Shown: positions 30,846 through 41,259 of the stretch, piece by piece
Layout: each line of letters begins with the position of its first letter
How positions within the stretch are numbered: position 1 is the stretch's first letter
Source of the DNA: Candidatus Latescibacterota bacterium
Lineage (GTDB): Bacteria > Latescibacterota > UBA2968 > GCA-2709665
Length of the DNA stretch: 64,000 bases
Direction of reading: 5' to 3'
Assembly: GCA_965219455.1 (NCBI GenBank)
Contig: OZ244744.1
Span: forward strand, 2,976,001-3,040,000
Notes under the pieces: model-generated
What the model was told of the DNA's origin: nothing
The model's input: only the letters and a program-made list of their open reading frames with translations
Databases searched by the model: none
Position numbers and translations under genes: made by a program

Positions 30846-31151
30846 CTACCATTTCAGCAGATTCACTTCGCCCACGTCCAATGTCTGTCTGTTCCTGTAT
30901 AGCGCGATTATAATCGCCAGCCCGACCGCCACTTCAGCAGCGGACACAGCCATCACGAAAAACACGAATACCTGGCCGGAACCCGAACCCATATACCGCG
31001 CCATTGTTACGAACAACAGATTAACCGCGTTCAGCATTAATTCGATACACATGAAGATCACGATTGCATTGCGCCGAATCAGCACGCCTGTCACGCCGAT
31101 GGCGAACAGCATCGCGCTCAGTATCAGGTAATATGAAACCGGAACGGCCAT
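30846..31151 (-). CDS. nuoK: NADH-quinone oxidoreductase subunit K
   Basis: RRN..., [16 protein letters not shown]. Confidence 0.95.
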   Translation of the reverse strand: MAVPVSYYLILSAMLFAIGVTGVLIRRNAIVIFMCIELMLNAVNLLFVTMARYMGSGSGQVFVFFVMAVSAAEVAVGLAIIIALYRNRQTLDVGEVNLLKW

Positions 31152-31400
31152 CTCGATCTCACTGTTAAGAAGCTACTTAGAAAATAACATTGGAAACTAC
31201 GAAACACGCGAAAAAAACGAAAAATCCGTGGCTGAAATCAATTGCCACAAGAGGCGCAAAACCACAATGTTGCAGGTCGGCCTGGCAATGCAACGGTTTT
31301 CATCATTATGGGTGCCCCAAAAGGGGCATGACAACTGTTTTAGAATTCGACATCCGGACGAAACCCGGACGGGAACCTGCGCCCAGAATGACTATAGAGA

Positions 31401-31928
31401 CTAACGGGATTGGTTTTCTTCGCCTTCACGATCCCGTTTCACCATTGCCATCACGCCGATCAGCGCCACCAGCAGAATCATGGAAACCACCTCGAACGGA
31501 AACAGAAACCGGGTATATAACAGTTTGCCGATGGCATTGATGTTGTCTGTAAACAGCGGGGCCTCTCCGGATACCGGTGTGCCGACCCAACGCCGTCCTG
31601 CCATGAAGCCCAGTTGCGCAACCAGTACCGCCGCCAGTAACACCACGGCGGCCCGCCTGTATTTTCCCGCGACGCGCTCGAGCGCGTCGGAATGGCCCAG
31701 GTTCAGAAGCATAATCACAAACAGGAAGAGTACCATAATTGCGCCGGCATACACAATAATCTGAACCGCCGCCAGGAAATAGGCATTCAATAAAACAAAA
31801 AGCCCTGCCAGGGCAAAGAACGTAGCCACAAGAGACAGGGCGCTGTAAACCGGATTTCGAAACGCAACGAGGAGCACCGCCGCAACCAGGGCGATTGCGG
31901 CAAAAATAAAAAAGAAGGTCTGCTCCAT
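31401..31928 (-). CDS. nuoJ: NADH-quinone oxidoreductase subunit J
   Basis: NPVYSAL, QIIVYAGAIMVLFLFVIMLL, FPFE. Confidence 0.95.
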   Translation of the reverse strand: MEQTFFFIFAAIALVAAVLLVAFRNPVYSALSLVATFFALAGLFVLLNAYFLAAVQIIVYAGAIMVLFLFVIMLLNLGHSDALERVAGKYRRAAVVLLAAVLVAQLGFMAGRRWVGTPVSGEAPLFTDNINAIGKLLYTRFLFPFEVVSMILLVALIGVMAMVKRDREGEENQSR

Positions 31929-31947
31929 TCTACCTCCGGCAGAACAC

Positions 31948-32988
31948 TCAGCTCGCAAGCGTCAAAAACAGCCCGGTTAAGAAGACGTTCAGAAGCGACA
32001 GCGGCAGCAGCACCTTCCACCCCAACCACATCACCTGATCGTATCGAAAACGCGGAAGGGTCCAGCGCACCCACAAGAACAAGAACATGAAGAATCCGGT
32101 CTTAACCAGAAATGCGAACACTTTGAGCAGACTGGCGCCGGTCGAGGAACTCTCGGGATCCACGAGCCAGGGCATATGCCAGCCGCCGAAGAACAATGTG
32201 GCTATAACGGCAGACGCCGTTATCATGTGCGCGTACTCCGCCATGAAGAACATGGCGAACTTCATACTGCTGTACTCGGCGTGATATCCGGCCACCAGTT
32301 CCTGTTCCGATTCCGGAAGATCAAACGGAAGGCGGTTGGTCTCGGCGAACGCAGCCACGGTAAACAACATGAACCCGAGCGGTTGCGTAAATACATTCCA
32401 TCCCGGCAAAAAACCGAACAGGGTCTGCTCCGACTGCTGTCTGACGATTTCATCCAGTTGCAGCGTACCCGCGGCCATCAGTACGCCAACCAGCGACAGC
32501 CCCAACGCCAACTCGTAGCTGATCATCTGGGCGGACGCACGCAACCCGCCCAGCAGGGCATACTTGTTGTTGGACGCCCAGCCACCCAGCACCACGCCAT
32601 AGACACCCAGAGACGACAGCGCGAGAAGGTAAAGAATGCCAATGTTCAGATCCGCGATCTGCAGGCGGACCTCCCGGCCCCAAAGCGTCATGGTATCGCC
32701 GAACGGTACGATGGCAAAACCCATCAGCGCGGGGACGAGAATCGCGGGTGGCGCGGCCAGATAGACGAAGCGGTTCACATGCCGGGGAATCACATCTTCT
32801 TTGAACAGGAACTTGAGGCCGTCGGCGAGCGGCTGAAGCAACCCCCACGGTCCCACCCGGTTTGGACCCAGACGGTTCTGGATATACGCGCTGATCTTTC
32901 GCTCGGCCAGTACGAGATACGCAACCCCGCCCAGAATCCCGGCGAACACCACCGCTATTTTGATGGCACTCTCAATCGCATGATCCAT
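31948..32988 (-). CDS. nuoH: NADH-quinone oxidoreductase subunit H
   Basis: ERKI...RLGPNRVG, AETNRLPFDLPE, LPRFRYDQ. Confidence 0.96.
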   Translation of the reverse strand: MDHAIESAIKIAVVFAGILGGVAYLVLAERKISAYIQNRLGPNRVGPWGLLQPLADGLKFLFKEDVIPRHVNRFVYLAAPPAILVPALMGFAIVPFGDTMTLWGREVRLQIADLNIGILYLLALSSLGVYGVVLGGWASNNKYALLGGLRASAQMISYELALGLSLVGVLMAAGTLQLDEIVRQQSEQTLFGFLPGWNVFTQPLGFMLFTVAAFAETNRLPFDLPESEQELVAGYHAEYSSMKFAMFFMAEYAHMITASAVIATLFFGGWHMPWLVDPESSSTGASLLKVFAFLVKTGFFMFLFLWVRWTLPRFRYDQVMWLGWKVLLPLSLLNVFLTGLFLTLAS

Positions 32989-32996
32989 AAGTGCGC

Positions 32997-34613
32997 CTAC
33001 GCCTCGGCCGCCTGGATTCCAAGGAGCGGTCTGCTCCGATCGCCCTCGTCATCATCGTTTATCCCCTCGAAAGCCGCAACGGTGCCCGCCATGTCGGCCA
33101 TGATCTCTTCAACCCGCGTCTGCGCGGCGTCGCCGCCCATGGCCTGAATGACGTCTCGCAGGATCTCCCAATCCGCACGGGCATCCCCTACAGGCGCCAG
33201 CCCCCGGCGGACACGCTGCACCCGTCCGTCGACGTTGGTAAACGTGCCGTCCTTTTCTATAAATGCCGCGCCAGGCAGGATCACGTCCGCCATCTCCATA
33301 CAACGGTGCGTCAGGACATCCTGAACGACCAGAAAATCCAGGGCTCCGAGGGCCTTGAGTTCCGCGTCCGATAACGACTCCAGAGGATCGCCGCCCAGGA
33401 GATAGAGACCCTTGATCCGTCCCTCCGCGACGCCACGCCAGATTTCCGACGTTTCCGTCAGAGACAACCCCAAACCCTCGAGTACGGTCCGCGCGCCGCG
33501 CGCATTCGGAGACTTATCCGCGTGAATGGTGAAGCCGCTCTTGAACACCACGTCGCCCTCGTCGCTGACTCTGGTACGAACCGCAACGGGACCGCCCGAC
33601 AGCCCACTACTGAAGAGGCTCCCGAATAGATAATGCTCTTCGTTGGTCAGATGAGCCGACGCAATCCCCGCCACGGCGCCATCGCCGTATTCCGCCCTAA
33701 CGCGTTCGAATCCCTCCCTCGTCGCCTCGAGCGCAACCTCCCACAATGCCAGTTCCTGCTCCCCGCCACGTCCCAGCATGGGAAACAGCAGGCGGTCGTC
33801 GCCGTGTACATAACCCCACCCATGGCGACCGTCGTCGCACATCCAGTACTCGTTCACGTCCGGATTCTGACGCGGCACCAGACGGTAGATCCGTTCATTG
33901 TTGTAATCGGCCCTGATGTTGCACCCCGTGCTGCAACCCGGGCAGATCGTGTCGACCGACTTCAGGAACCATACCCGCTGCTTGAAAAGAAACGACTTAT
34001 CCAGCAATGCGCCTACCGGGCAGATATCCACGGTATTGCCCGACAGGCGATTGTCCATCCGGGCCCCGGGAAACACGTCGATTTCGTTATAGACCCCCCG
34101 GTTGAAATACCCCAGTTCGCCGGTGCCCGAAATTTCGTCGCAGAACCGGATACAGCGCGTACATCGGATGCACCGGTCCGAATACAACAACACGTGGTTG
34201 CCGATGTCTTTTTTGGGCTGCACCAGCTTCTTCTCGTGGAATCGGCTTCTATCGGATCCATACGTATAGCTGTAGTCCTGCAGCTCGCACTCACCGGACT
34301 GATCACATACCGGACAGTCCAGCGGATGATTTACCAGCAGGAATTCCATCACGGCACGCTGGTTATCCTTTACGACGTCGGACCGCGTATCCACAACCAT
34401 ACCTTCCGCCGGCATAGCCGAACAGGAGGGTCCCAGGCTGCGCCGCCCACCTACGTCCATCTCTACAAGGCACATCCGGCAGTTTGCCGGCGCACTCAGC
34501 CCAGGGTGGTAGCAATAGTGGGGGACGTATACTCCGTTGTCGATCGCCGTTTGGAGCACGTTCTTTCCAGGAACGATCTCCATTTCACTGCCATCGATAG
34601 TAAATGTCGGCAT
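32997..34613 (-). CDS. nuoG: NADH-quinone oxidoreductase subunit G
   Basis: HYCYH, CRMC, HPLDCPVCDQSGEC, CIRCTRC, CPGCSTGC. Confidence 0.93.
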   Translation of the reverse strand: MPTFTIDGSEMEIVPGKNVLQTAIDNGVYVPHYCYHPGLSAPANCRMCLVEMDVGGRRSLGPSCSAMPAEGMVVDTRSDVVKDNQRAVMEFLLVNHPLDCPVCDQSGECELQDYSYTYGSDRSRFHEKKLVQPKKDIGNHVLLYSDRCIRCTRCIRFCDEISGTGELGYFNRGVYNEIDVFPGARMDNRLSGNTVDICPVGALLDKSFLFKQRVWFLKSVDTICPGCSTGCNIRADYNNERIYRLVPRQNPDVNEYWMCDDGRHGWGYVHGDDRLLFPMLGRGGEQELALWEVALEATREGFERVRAEYGDGAVAGIASAHLTNEEHYLFGSLFSSGLSGGPVAVRTRVSDEGDVVFKSGFTIHADKSPNARGARTVLEGLGLSLTETSEIWRGVAEGRIKGLYLLGGDPLESLSDAELKALGALDFLVVQDVLTHRCMEMADVILPGAAFIEKDGTFTNVDGRVQRVRRGLAPVGDARADWEILRDVIQAMGGDAAQTRVEEIMADMAGTVAAFEGINDDDEGDRSRPLLGIQAAEA

Positions 34614-34619
34614 CTTTAA

Positions 34620-35957
34620 TTACCCCGGAACCCGTATGGATTTATCCTGGTGAATGGGGCATCGTCCCTCTTCGACGTGGGCCTCGAACTCGCTGCGGAA
34701 CGTTTGTACAAATCCGTGGATCGGATTTGCAAAGGCTCCGCCGAAGCCGCATATGGTTGTCAGCCTTGAAGGCGGGCACAAAAACGGCCCGACGTTGTGG
34801 GCGACGTCAAGCAAAGTATCCAGGTCGTCCGGTTTCGCCAGACCATTCTCAATACGCGACACAATATCCCGCGCCCAGGGGCATCCCTCACGGCACGGCG
34901 TGCATTGACCGCAGGACTCGTGAGCGAAAAAGACCATAAAATTCAACAACGCATCTACCATGCACGTTGTTTCGTCCATCACGATGATCCCGCCCGTGCC
35001 GAACATCCCCTGGAAGTCGCCCCCGCCCGGCGCCAGGAAATTAGACGGATCCATCACGATATCGATCTGGTCGGGTGTCATCGGCGGCGTTGACGCCCCG
35101 CCCGGAATCACCGCTTTCAACTGATGCCCGTCGCGCACCCCGCCCGCGAGATCCTCCACAATCTGGCGCATGGTGACGGAACCGGTTTCCAGTTCGAACA
35201 TCCCCGGATTATTCACATGCCCGCTGACACAGAAAATGAACGTACCCGGAAACCGTTCGCTGCCGATTGCTTTGAACCAGTCTGCCCCCCGGTTCACGAT
35301 ATGGGGCACATAAGACAGCGTCTGCACGTTGTTCACTGTGGTGGGCCGTTCGAAAACACCCTGCTGGGCGGGAAACGGCGGTTTTGCGCGTGGCTCGGCG
35401 CGGTTGCCGTTAAGGGACTGGATCAGGCCCATTTCCTCACCGCAGATATATGCCCCGGCGCCCGGATGGATATAGACCTCCAGATCGTAGCCCGATCCCA
35501 GAATGTCCCGGCCGATGTATCCTGCCGCCCGCGCCTCGGCAATCGCCCGTTCCATGATCGTTCTGGCCTCGAACATTTCGCCACGGATATAGACGTATGC
35601 CACGCTCACCCGCATCGCGTACGACGCGATGATGGTACCCTCGAGAAGCTGATGCGGATTCTGCTCCATCAGATGCCGGTCCTTGAACGTGCCCGGCTCG
35701 CTCTCGTCGGCATTCACACAAAGATAACTGGGCACCCTGGGTTCTTTCGGCATGAACCCCCATTTCACTCCGGCCGGGAACCAGGCGCCTCCCCGGCCGG
35801 CCAGCGACGCCTCCCTCACTTCGTCAATTACCTCGTCCTGCGACGTCCCAAAGGCCTTCTCAATGGCTGTATATCCGCCATGGGCCCTGTAGACGTCGAT
35901 ATTCCGGAGGCCTTCGACGCCGAAGCGTTCGGTAATGATTTTATATTCTTCAGGCAT
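34620..35957 (-). CDS. nuoF: NADH-quinone oxidoreductase subunit F
   Basis: GRGGA, NADESEPGTFKD, GAGAYICGEE, ESCGQCTPCREG. Confidence 0.95.
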   Translation of the reverse strand: MPEEYKIITERFGVEGLRNIDVYRAHGGYTAIEKAFGTSQDEVIDEVREASLAGRGGAWFPAGVKWGFMPKEPRVPSYLCVNADESEPGTFKDRHLMEQNPHQLLEGTIIASYAMRVSVAYVYIRGEMFEARTIMERAIAEARAAGYIGRDILGSGYDLEVYIHPGAGAYICGEEMGLIQSLNGNRAEPRAKPPFPAQQGVFERPTTVNNVQTLSYVPHIVNRGADWFKAIGSERFPGTFIFCVSGHVNNPGMFELETGSVTMRQIVEDLAGGVRDGHQLKAVIPGGASTPPMTPDQIDIVMDPSNFLAPGGGDFQGMFGTGGIIVMDETTCMVDALLNFMVFFAHESCGQCTPCREGCPWARDIVSRIENGLAKPDDLDTLLDVAHNVGPFLCPPSRLTTICGFGGAFANPIHGFVQTFRSEFEAHVEEGRCPIHQDKSIRVPG

Positions 35958-35977
35958 ACCCGATCAATTGGTTTATT

Positions 35978-36457
35978 TCAGGCGGACCGGTCCAGCAACC
36001 GGTCCAGCTTCTCACGCGTCACGCAACGGTGTAGTTCCTCGTTGATCAGAACTGCCGGCGCGCCCTCGCAGGCGGCGATGCACTCCACCTTGGCCAGTGT
36101 GAACCGTCCGTCCTCGGTGGTTTCGCCCACGTCGATATTCAATTTCTCCTTCAGGTATTTCGTGATTTCCCCGGCGCCGCAAAGCGCGCAGGAAAGCGTA
36201 CCACATACATGGATGACATACTTGCCCACGGGCGCTTTGTGGAACATCGGATAGAAACTCACCACACCCGCGGCATGGGCGGGCGGAATATCCAGCATGT
36301 CCGCGACGTACCTCAATCCTTCGAGCGAGATGTACCCCCACTCTTTTTGAGCCAGATGCAGAACCGGAAGGATTGCCGCCTTGCGCCATTCCGGTGGGTA
36401 GTGCGTGAGAATCTCCTCGCACTTCTTTCGCGTCTGTTCAGAAAGCGCGGTCGCCAT
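35978..36457 (-). CDS. nuoE: NADH-quinone oxidoreductase subunit E
   Basis: CGTLSC...VECIAAC 2Fe-2S motif; start set at MATAL. Confidence 0.93.
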   Translation of the reverse strand: MATALSEQTRKKCEEILTHYPPEWRKAAILPVLHLAQKEWGYISLEGLRYVADMLDIPPAHAAGVVSFYPMFHKAPVGKYVIHVCGTLSCALCGAGEITKYLKEKLNIDVGETTEDGRFTLAKVECIAACEGAPAVLINEELHRCVTREKLDRLLDRSA

Positions 36458-36517
36458 ATTTTCGGGTTTCCTGGTACGTGAGACTGCAAATGGCCGACGG
36501 CCGTGCGATGACGACAC

Positions 36518-38290
36518 CTATCGATCCAACTCGCCCGCAATTACATTTATGCTTCCCAGAATGGACACCACGTCGGCCAACATATGTCCGTGCGCCAATT
36601 GCGGAAAACACTGATAATTCATAAACGACGGGGGCCGTACCCTCAGCCGGTAAGCCGACCCGCTCCCGTCGCTGACTATATAAAAGCCCAATTCCCCGTT
36701 GGGACCCTCCGTAGCCAGGTAGATTTCTCCGGGGGGCGGCGCAATACCATGGTGGTCCATCGTTACTTTGAAGTGGTGGATCAACTCTTCCATGCCGGTG
36801 TCTACGTCGTCCTTCTCCGGCAGTATAACCTTGGCGTCATCGACCTTTACGGTGCCCTGGGGCAGATTGTTCACCGCCTGTTCGATAATCCGGATGCTCT
36901 GACTCAGCTCCTCCATCCGGACCAGGTACCGGTCATAGACATCGCCCTTTTCACCCACGGGAATCTCAAACTCAAAATTCTCGTAACCCATATAGGGTTC
37001 GGCCTTCCGCAAATCGTAGTTCACGCCGGACCCGCGCGCCATCGGACCCGTCAAATTCCACGCAATCGCGTCTTCGGCCGAAATCACGCCGATTCCCTTG
37101 GTGCGGTCAATCCAGATCCTGTTTCGGGTCAGCAGCCTGTCCACCTCCCAGACCGCCCTGGGGAATTGCGCGGTGAAATCCGTTACCAGTTCGTGAAAGT
37201 TGTCCGGCACATCCCACCCCAACCCGCCGACCCGCGTATAACTCGTGGTGAGCCGGGTGCCGGTGATGGCCTCGAAAATATTGTACAGGCGTTCACGTTG
37301 TTCAAAGGTGTACAGGAACACCGTCATCGCGCCGATATCCAGTGCGTGCGTGCCCAGCCATACCATATGGTCCGCAATGCGTGAAAGTTCTGACAGAATG
37401 ACGCGTATAACTGTGGCGCGAGGGGGGATCTCCAGGCCCATCAGTTTTTCCACCGTCATCGAATAACCGATGTTGTTGCACAACGGCGACAGATAGTTCA
37501 TCCGGTCGGTCACCGTGACCCACTGGTTATACGTGTGGTGTTCCCCCAGTTTTTCAAAGCCGGTGTGCAGGTATCCTATGTCCGGAAGACACCTGGAGAC
37601 GCGCTCGCCATCCAGTTCGAGGGTGAGCCGCAGGGTTCCATGGGTTGCCGGATGCTGAGGCCCCAGATTCAGGATCATCCGCTCCGAAGCCAGCGGATCG
37701 TCGTCCCGGACATCGTCGTCCTCGAAAGGATTGCCCACGAACCCGGGATCTTCCGGCGCGATGACATCCCGCTCTCCTCGTCCGTTCAGCGGGTAATCCT
37801 TCCTCAACGGGTAATACTTGAAATTCACCGGCATCAATATGCGCCGCAAATCCGGATGTCCCTCGAACCGGATGCCGAACATATCGTAGACTTCCCGCTC
37901 CGGCCATTCGGCACCTTTCCACAACCCGCACGCGGATGGGATGCCGCCCCTTTCTTCGTCCACCTTCGCCCGGATCCGGAAGCGGTGGTTGTGCGGGTGG
38001 GAGTACAGGTGGTAGACCACGTTGTACCGGGCTCCCGGCTGCCGTCCCGGGTACTCGGAATAGTCGACCGCCGTTACATCCGACAGCCGGTCGTAGGCCA
38101 GTTCCGGCTCGTCCCGCAAGAACGCCAGAATATCCGAAACCCGGTCTGCCTCGCAAACGGCCGTCCAGTCGCCGCAGAATTCAGAAACCTCGAGGACGTC
38201 TTCCCCGAACCGTTCCTCCAACTTTCTGGACGTCAGATTCCCAACCGCCACGTCAGCCACCGGTGTCCCGTTTTTCTTTTCTGGGGGCAT
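36518..38290 (-). CDS. nuoCD: Fused NADH-quinone oxidoreductase subunit C/D
   Basis: EREVYDMFGIRFEGHPDLRRIL (C) then NLGPQHPATHG, GYLH, GELDR (D). Confidence 0.95.
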   Translation of the reverse strand: MPPEKKNGTPVADVAVGNLTSRKLEERFGEDVLEVSEFCGDWTAVCEADRVSDILAFLRDEPELAYDRLSDVTAVDYSEYPGRQPGARYNVVYHLYSHPHNHRFRIRAKVDEERGGIPSACGLWKGAEWPEREVYDMFGIRFEGHPDLRRILMPVNFKYYPLRKDYPLNGRGERDVIAPEDPGFVGNPFEDDDVRDDDPLASERMILNLGPQHPATHGTLRLTLELDGERVSRCLPDIGYLHTGFEKLGEHHTYNQWVTVTDRMNYLSPLCNNIGYSMTVEKLMGLEIPPRATVIRVILSELSRIADHMVWLGTHALDIGAMTVFLYTFEQRERLYNIFEAITGTRLTTSYTRVGGLGWDVPDNFHELVTDFTAQFPRAVWEVDRLLTRNRIWIDRTKGIGVISAEDAIAWNLTGPMARGSGVNYDLRKAEPYMGYENFEFEIPVGEKGDVYDRYLVRMEELSQSIRIIEQAVNNLPQGTVKVDDAKVILPEKDDVDTGMEELIHHFKVTMDHHGIAPPPGEIYLATEGPNGELGFYIVSDGSGSAYRLRVRPPSFMNYQCFPQLAHGHMLADVVSILGSINVIAGELDR

Positions 38291-38372
38291 GCGTTCGCCC
38301 GATCGTTAGTCGTTAAAAGTCAAATCTTCGGACGCGCCGCCCGTCCGACCGAGAGTATCGTGGCGTCGGTCC

Positions 38373-38738
38373 TCAGTCCCAATCCAGCCCGCCCTTCCGC
38401 CAGACGTACGCAAGCCCGAGAACCAGAACACCAAGGAACACCACCATTTCCGTAAAAATAAAGCTCCCCTGGGCCAGCAAATCCTTAAAGACAACGGCCC
38501 AGGGGAATAAGAACACAACTTCGATATCGAAGACAATGAACAGCATCGCCACAACGTAAAACTTGACGGAAAAGCGCAGCCTGGCATCGCCAACGGGAGG
38601 CACACCCGATTCGTATGGCGATAATTTGACCGGATTGGGACGGTGGGGTCCGAACAGATGCGTTAAAATTAAACTGACGGCTGCAAACCCAACGGCTAAC
38701 GCCATCAGAATAACGATCGGAAGATAGTCGACCAGCAT
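38373..38738 (-). CDS. nuoA: NADH-quinone oxidoreductase subunit A
   Basis: PYESG, FIVFDIE, KGGLDW. Confidence 0.95.
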   Translation of the reverse strand: MLVDYLPIVILMALAVGFAAVSLILTHLFGPHRPNPVKLSPYESGVPPVGDARLRFSVKFYVVAMLFIVFDIEVVFLFPWAVVFKDLLAQGSFIFTEMVVFLGVLVLGLAYVWRKGGLDWD

Positions 38739-38822
38739 CTGACCCTGAACCTCCCCACGGGCATAAAAAGCAGCTCCGGAACGGCACTCCTTCCGACGGA
38801 CGACCCGCTTTTCGACGGTGAT

Positions 38823-38851
38823 AGTATATCACAAGGAATATCAAAAGTCAA
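38823..38851 (-). promoter_or_regulatory. Putative sigma70 promoter of the nuo operon
   Basis: Minus strand TTGACT-N17-TATACT with TG extended -10. Confidence 0.6.
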
Positions 38852-39200
38852 GCCATTACCGAAGAATTGATATGCCTCGTTCAGCGTGCGATTTTATGGT
38901 CCGGTCCGGAGCGATATTCAATCCCGCATGGCGCGAAATCGGGCCGGTATTTCACGACTCGAACGGGCGATTATCCGTTGACACTGACTCCGATGTCGCT
39001 CATATTGTCGATCAATGCGCGTCATAATCGGACCGGGATTTCTCAGTCGCGTATTCGTCAGCGATGACCCACGGGTGTCGCCCATCGACAAAGCGAGGAA
39101 ATTCAGGGTGTCGGGAGAGATTCAACACATTCGCAGCCAGGCCGCGAAAAGGGGACAATCCCGCCGGCGCCTGTCTCGAGATACGAACGAGAAATAAGCC

Positions 39201-39779
39201 ATGCTTCGCCGACTTCTGTCGAAATTGAACGCCAAATCACCTTCACCGCCCATGCCTCAACTGGAAATGCTGAGGGACACGCTGAAAAACCTGCCCGCAA
39301 TTCGCATCCCCGACGGGTATGGACTGCGTACTTATCGCTCAGGCGACGAAGCCGCGTGGTGCGCCATCATGGAGGGCAACGTGGGGCGGGATTGGACTCC
39401 CGAAACATGCCGTGAAAAGCTCGTTAACGATCCCCGCTTCCTCCCGGAAAGCCTCTTTTTCGCCACCATTGATTCCCGACCGGTCGGGTCCGCATGCGCC
39501 TGGAGCCGGGATCTGACCGAACGCGTCGTGGGGGAAGTGCACATGGTCGCCGTGCTTGAAAGCCACAGAGGAAAAGGACTGGGGCACCTGGTCAACGCGG
39601 CCGCACTCAACCGACTCAAGGACCTGGGCTATCGCCAGGCGCACCTTCTCACCGACGATTGGCGACTCGCGGCCGTCAGGAGCTATCTCACCGCCGGTTT
39701 CCGGCCGCTTCATACCCACGACAGTCACGCGAAACGATGGTCGGACATCTTCATCCGACTCGGCATCGAGCATGGGTGA
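39201..39779 (+). CDS. GNAT family N-acetyltransferase
   Basis: VAVLESHRGKGLG motif A; YLTAGF. Confidence 0.85.
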   Translation: MLRRLLSKLNAKSPSPPMPQLEMLRDTLKNLPAIRIPDGYGLRTYRSGDEAAWCAIMEGNVGRDWTPETCREKLVNDPRFLPESLFFATIDSRPVGSACAWSRDLTERVVGEVHMVAVLESHRGKGLGHLVNAAALNRLKDLGYRQAHLLTDDWRLAAVRSYLTAGFRPLHTHDSHAKRWSDIFIRLGIEHG

Positions 39780-39887
39780 GAGAACAAAACCGGCGGAGCG
39801 TGACAGGGATCGCTCGTCCCATCGGCGCAACTGTCAAGGCACGTGCGTGCCCTCCATACCGACGCGCCTTGACGACAGGAGGCAGAA

Positions 39888-40955
39888 ATGAAAGCAGCCA
39901 TTCTCCACAAACCGCTGACCCGTGTCTCCGTTGAAGACGTCGACATCGCATCTCCTCGCGCGGGAGAAGTGCTTCTGGATATCGTGGGAGCGGGCGTTTG
40001 TCACAGCGACTATCACTACGTGGACGGACACGTTGTGCCTCGCGCGCTCCCCTGGGTCATGGGACACGAGGGCGCGGGGATTGTCCGTGAAGTCGGCCCC
40101 GGCGTGAGCAGTGTTCGCGAAGGTGACAAGATTATTCTCTCTCTCGACGCGATGTGCGGCCATTGCCGGAATTGCAGCCAGGGCAGCCCGGCGCTGTGCG
40201 AAACCCATCAGGGGGGGTTACCGAGCCGAATTTCCAGGAACGGGACGGTCTATTTTCACAACAGGCCTACCTATACTGAGCAGTCCATTGTATTGGCGGA
40301 TGCGTGTGTTAAGGTTCCGGATGACACGGATCTTCGCAAAGCGTGTCTTATCAGTTGCGCCGTGATTACCGGCATCGGCGCCGTGGTGAATCGCGCAAAG
40401 GTGGAAGCAGGCGCCACAATGGCCGTTTTCGGATGCGGCGGGGTCGGCCTCAATGTCATCCAGGGGGGTGTACTCGCATCCGCAGGGAAGATAATCGCCG
40501 TGGACAAGGTGCCGTATAAATTGGAGTTGGCGGAACAGTTCGGCGCCACGCACGTTGTCAATGCGGATAGCGAAGATCCCGTTCGGCGAATTGTGGAGAT
40601 TACAGGGGGCGGCGCGGACTATGCCTTTGAGGTCGTTGGATTTCCAGCGCTGGTCCGGCAGGCGTTTGAATCGGTCCGCACCAGTGGAACCGCAGTCGTG
40701 GTGGGGGTACAGCCGACCGGCCAGGATATATCCGTTGACGGCGACAGCCTGTTAATGGACCGCGCCGTCATGGGGTCGTGGCACGGGGCTGCCCGAGCCC
40801 GCGTGGATTTCCTCTGGATTCTGGATCTTTATCGGCAGGGAAAGGTCAAGTTGGACGAGTTGATTTCCCGCTATCGCCCGCTGGAAGAGATCAACGAGGC
40901 ATTCGAAGATATGGTCCAGGGTAGAGTCGCGCGAACGGTACTGGTTTTTGACTGA
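39888..40955 (+). CDS. Zn-dependent alcohol dehydrogenase
   Basis: CHSD, GHEGAG, CGHCRNC, GCGGVG. Confidence 0.92.
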   Translation: MKAAILHKPLTRVSVEDVDIASPRAGEVLLDIVGAGVCHSDYHYVDGHVVPRALPWVMGHEGAGIVREVGPGVSSVREGDKIILSLDAMCGHCRNCSQGSPALCETHQGGLPSRISRNGTVYFHNRPTYTEQSIVLADACVKVPDDTDLRKACLISCAVITGIGAVVNRAKVEAGATMAVFGCGGVGLNVIQGGVLASAGKIIAVDKVPYKLELAEQFGATHVVNADSEDPVRRIVEITGGGADYAFEVVGFPALVRQAFESVRTSGTAVVVGVQPTGQDISVDGDSLLMDRAVMGSWHGAARARVDFLWILDLYRQGKVKLDELISRYRPLEEINEAFEDMVQGRVARTVLVFD

Positions 40956-41259
40956 GAGGATCGCCGGATAATGCGTCCCTTATACGGTTCGGACTGAGAA
41001 CCGGGTCGTATGGGGATTCGTTCGGATTCCGCAACGAAGACGGCTTTGCAGTGTGTATGGTGTGTATCTAAAGGTGTCTATATATGGGTCCCGAATTGAT
41101 GAGTCGCCCATCGCCCTCGGTAAGGACTGAAAAATGGCTTTGAAGAAATCCCAACTCTATTCATCGCTCTGGCAAAGCTGTGATGAATACAGCGCCAGGG
41201 TTGAGAGCCACCTGAAGAAGATGGGGCTATCGTTGTAAGCAGGAAATAGGAGAGACAAC

